DNA of 50,858 bases, taken from positions 1-50,858 of the forward strand of contig CBDUBU010000002.1 of assembly GCA_965365465.1 (NCBI GenBank), given 5' to 3'. Every line of letters starts with the position of its first letter. Positions within the stretch are counted from its first letter, which is position 1. The notes beneath the pieces were generated by a model, which saw only the letters and a program-made list of their open reading frames with translations, did not search any database and had not been told where the DNA came from. This document shows, piece by piece, positions 48,564-50,858 of this stretch. The DNA is from an uncultured Rhodothermaceae bacterium. Lineage in GTDB: Bacteria > Bacteroidota > Rhodothermia > Rhodothermales > DASSAV01. Both the position numbers and the translations under genes were made by a program.

Positions 48564-49496
48564 ATGCAGAAAACAGAAACCAGGTTTGCTATCATTGTCA
48601 ACCCGGGAGCCGGTTCGGCAGAGCAGTTCGAGCGTCTGAAAACCGTTCTCTCCGGGAGGGATCATTTTACCTATCAGGAATCCCTTGAAGCAGGTCACTG
48701 CACGGATCTGACACAAAAAGCGCTTGCAGACGGGTGTGATGTCATCGTGGCGGCGGGTGGAGACGGCACGGTCAATGAAGTGGTTAATGGGATCATGCGC
48801 TACGGCAGAAAGGTCCGGTTTGGCTTGATTCCACTGGGCACAGGAAACGATCTGGCCCGGACGCTAGCCATCCCAAACGATCCCCGTGATGCGGTTGCCC
48901 TGTTGGAAATCGGTCAGGTAAGGAAACTTGACCTTATACAGGTTCAGTTTCAGGACAAGACGAAGTATGGAATCAACGTGGCTGCCGGAGGCTTTAGCGG
49001 GCAGATGAACGAGGCGCTAACGCCGGAATTAAAGGCAACCTGGGGTCCACTGGCCTATCTGGTTGGCGCCGTAACGGTCATGCCGGACATGAAAGACTAT
49101 CAGACCTATCTGCGCTGTGATGACGGGGAGTTGGAAAGGGTTGAGGCCGTCAACATCATCTTGGGAAACGGGCGTACGGCGGCAGGAGGCAAGCCGGTAG
49201 CGCCGCTCGCCAATCCGGAAGACGGACTGCTGGATCTGGTCATCATCAAGGCCGGCTCGGCGCTGGAGCTTACGGGACTGGCGGCGAGGGTGGTGGCAGG
49301 CAACTATCTGGAAAGCCCACAGGTATTGTACCGCAAGGTGCGCCGGGCCGAAATAGCTTCCGTTCCAGGTATGTGGTTCAACGTAGACGGCGAACTTCTC
49401 ACCAACGATCCAGTCGTTTTTACCGCGTTGCCGGGGGCATTGGAGGTTGTCGTCGGGACGGATTACGTTGCGGATCCACCTCCAGCGTCATCATAA
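48564..49496 (+). CDS. Diacylglycerol-kinase-family lipid kinase (YegS/BmrU-like)
   Basis: 310 aa; VAAGGDGTVNEV and PLGTGNDLAR catalytic-domain motifs. Confidence 0.88.
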   Translation: MQKTETRFAIIVNPGAGSAEQFERLKTVLSGRDHFTYQESLEAGHCTDLTQKALADGCDVIVAAGGDGTVNEVVNGIMRYGRKVRFGLIPLGTGNDLARTLAIPNDPRDAVALLEIGQVRKLDLIQVQFQDKTKYGINVAAGGFSGQMNEALTPELKATWGPLAYLVGAVTVMPDMKDYQTYLRCDDGELERVEAVNIILGNGRTAAGGKPVAPLANPEDGLLDLVIIKAGSALELTGLAARVVAGNYLESPQVLYRKVRRAEIASVPGMWFNVDGELLTNDPVVFTALPGALEVVVGTDYVADPPPASS

Positions 49497-49532
49497 AGTG
49501 GGGGATCACAAACATCGTTTCAATGGAGTAGG

Positions 49533-49760
49533 TTGTCCAGACCCGAAACCAACTCGCTGAAACGGCGGATGCTCGAGGAGTTCTACTTTCCGATCCAGCG
49601 CGTGCAGACGGATCGGGGCGCGGAGTTCTTTGGTCAAGTCTTTCAAGATGCATTCCATCGGCGCCACATCAAGTTTCGCCCGATCCTACCGCGCTCGCCA
49701 CATCTCAACGGGAAGCTAGAGCGCTCACAGTTGACCGATAAGCAGCAGTTCTGGGCGTTG
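49533..49760 (+). pseudogene. Relic of an IS transposase (C-terminal part of a DDE/rve integrase core, IS481/IS3-like)
   Basis: Translation contains ...QTDRGAEFFG...FRPILPRSPHLNGKLERSQLTDKQQFW, the end of an rve catalytic core. No N-terminal portion and no terminal inverted repeats were seen. Confidence 0.6.
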
Positions 49761-49839
49761 CAAGCTCTGAGCGGTAAACGGCTGAACGTATCGAGGCCCC
49801 GGAAGAGGCGTTGGGCTGAACGTGCTCAAGGGCGCCGGG

Positions 49840-50478
49840 CTACAGTGCGGCAAATTCCCAGCCCTCTGCTTTGAATTGTGGCAGCACCGTCTCCAGAACA
49901 CCGGGGGTGACGCGCAACGCCTTCGGGTTATCGTGAAGAACCAGAATGGAGCCGGGGCGGGTTGCCTTCAGGATCAGTTTTTCCATGCTGTCTTGCGTCA
50001 TGCCATTCCGGTAGTCACCCGGCATCACGTCCCACATCGTCATCTGTTGTTCGTGCGATCTGCACCAGGTGCGCATACCACTTGAGAACCTGCCGTAAGG
50101 GGGACGCATCCAGCGAATCGGCTGCTGGATGCAATCTTCAAGAAGTGAAGTCGTTTGCTCCAGTTCCGTAATGATCTGTGCCGGGGGAGTGCGCCATGCG
50201 TCCGGATGGGTATAGGTGTGATTGCCGATGGTGTGGCCTTCCTGAAAGATGTCCTGTACGAGTTGCGGATGCCGGGCTGCCTGCTCTCCTACGAGAAAGA
50301 AGGTAGCTTTTGCATCGTGCTGGGAAAGAAGGTGGAGCAAGATCCGGGTCATCGAGGGCGTGGGGCCGTCGTCGAACGTGAGGTAAAGCACACGCTTTGA
50401 TGTCGGGACGCGCCAGAGCAGGTCGGGAAACCAGCGTCCGAAGAAACGCGGGAGGTACGTGGCGAGAAAAGGAATCAT
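49840..50478 (-). CDS. Polysaccharide deacetylase (NodB-homology, CE4)
   Basis: N-terminal TM helix, then YLTFDDGP and GNHTYTH motifs. The ATG at 50478 overlaps the upstream gene's TGA (ATGA). The ORF-track start at 50799 is an out-of-context extension. Confidence 0.88.
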   Translation of the reverse strand: MIPFLATYLPRFFGRWFPDLLWRVPTSKRVLYLTFDDGPTPSMTRILLHLLSQHDAKATFFLVGEQAARHPQLVQDIFQEGHTIGNHTYTHPDAWRTPPAQIITELEQTTSLLEDCIQQPIRWMRPPYGRFSSGMRTWCRSHEQQMTMWDVMPGDYRNGMTQDSMEKLILKATRPGSILVLHDNPKALRVTPGVLETVLPQFKAEGWEFAAL

Positions 50479-50858
50479 TGCTTTATGTCGCGGCCCTTCC
50501 ACCGGAAGCCGCCCAGCACGGCTGCCGCCGGGCAGAAGAGAATGTATGGGATATGGAGAATCTGCGCCGGTAAAAAGTAGCTCAGGAGCTGGAGCCGCCC
50601 GAACCAGGCGGCGGCAGGCGCAAGCACGAGGGCTTCGCTCGCCATCTTGATCCCCAGCGCAGCGACGAGCGGCAGGCGCACGGAAGGAAAAAAAGCGGCG
50701 GTGCATAGCCCCCATCCCAGCAACAGGTAAAAGCCATAGACTGCGAAGAGAACCATTGCCAGGCTCAAACCAGGGTAGTGCAAGCCTTTGGAAGCCCACC
50801 TGCGGCGCTGATTCAGGAAGGCGCGGGCAGATGCGGAAGGCTTTGTGAGCACCTCGGC
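50475..50858 (-). CDS. Family-2 glycosyltransferase, C-terminal part (5' end lies outside the window)
   Basis: Q-R-R-R-W (QxxRW) processive-GT2 motif followed by several TM helices. The frame is open to the window edge. Confidence 0.75.
   Translation of the reverse strand, partial: AEVLTKPSASARAFLNQRRRWASKGLHYPGLSLAMVLFAVYGFYLLLGWGLCTAAFFPSVRLPLVAALGIKMASEALVLAPAAAWFGRLQLLSYFLPAQILHIPYILFCPAAAVLGGFRWKGRDIKQ

Noticed and set aside
1-50858. Search for CRISPR arrays, rRNA, intact IS or prophage genes, reverse transcriptases, restriction-modification or other defence-island hallmarks
   Set aside because: None was seen by eye on either strand. The window looks like core chromosome, so I do not claim a novel defence or mobile system here.

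Overview
This 50.9-kb chromosomal window is mostly housekeeping genes, from a moderately GC-rich bacterium. T9SS C-terminal sorting domains (YPNPFNPST motifs), a GWxTD-domain protein and a long-tailed ribosomal protein S16 suggest the FCB group (Rhodothermota/Bacteroidota/Ignavibacteria-like), but that is inference only. Recognisable blocks are: a K+ channel and msrA; tRNA-Asp; a glycerol cluster (glpF-glpK-glpD) followed by cupin, Gfo/Idh/MocA oxidoreductase and a secreted GH130; MscS; M28 and M23 peptidases; a PduO-type adenosyltransferase with a lone ABC ATPase; three small secreted/T9SS-type proteins; a minus-strand trio (DprA-like paralog, BadF-type sugar kinase, 129-aa orphan); the classical ffh-rpsP-rimM-trmD-rplS block; smpB, tyrS, purEK, usp, yigZ, rnhA, obg and canonical dprA; an EEP-family protein and a class-V aminotransferase; rluD, a ptsN-like gene, hisS, lgt and a DAG-kinase-like gene; an IS transposase relic; and a translationally coupled GT2/polysaccharide-deacetylase pair at the right edge. 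I found no CRISPR array, no rRNA, no intact mobile element and no recognisable defence-system genes. The features most worth a second look are an 849-nt ORF-free gap (43320-44168), a roughly 75-nt T/A-tract-phased element present in 2 to 3 diverged copies in the largest noncoding gaps, a degenerate DprA-like paralog, a perfect 19-bp palindrome between two genes, and T9SS signal-plus-CTD proteins with no cargo domain. None of these is demonstrably a new system from sequence alone. All functional calls rest on motif recognition by eye, with no database search.
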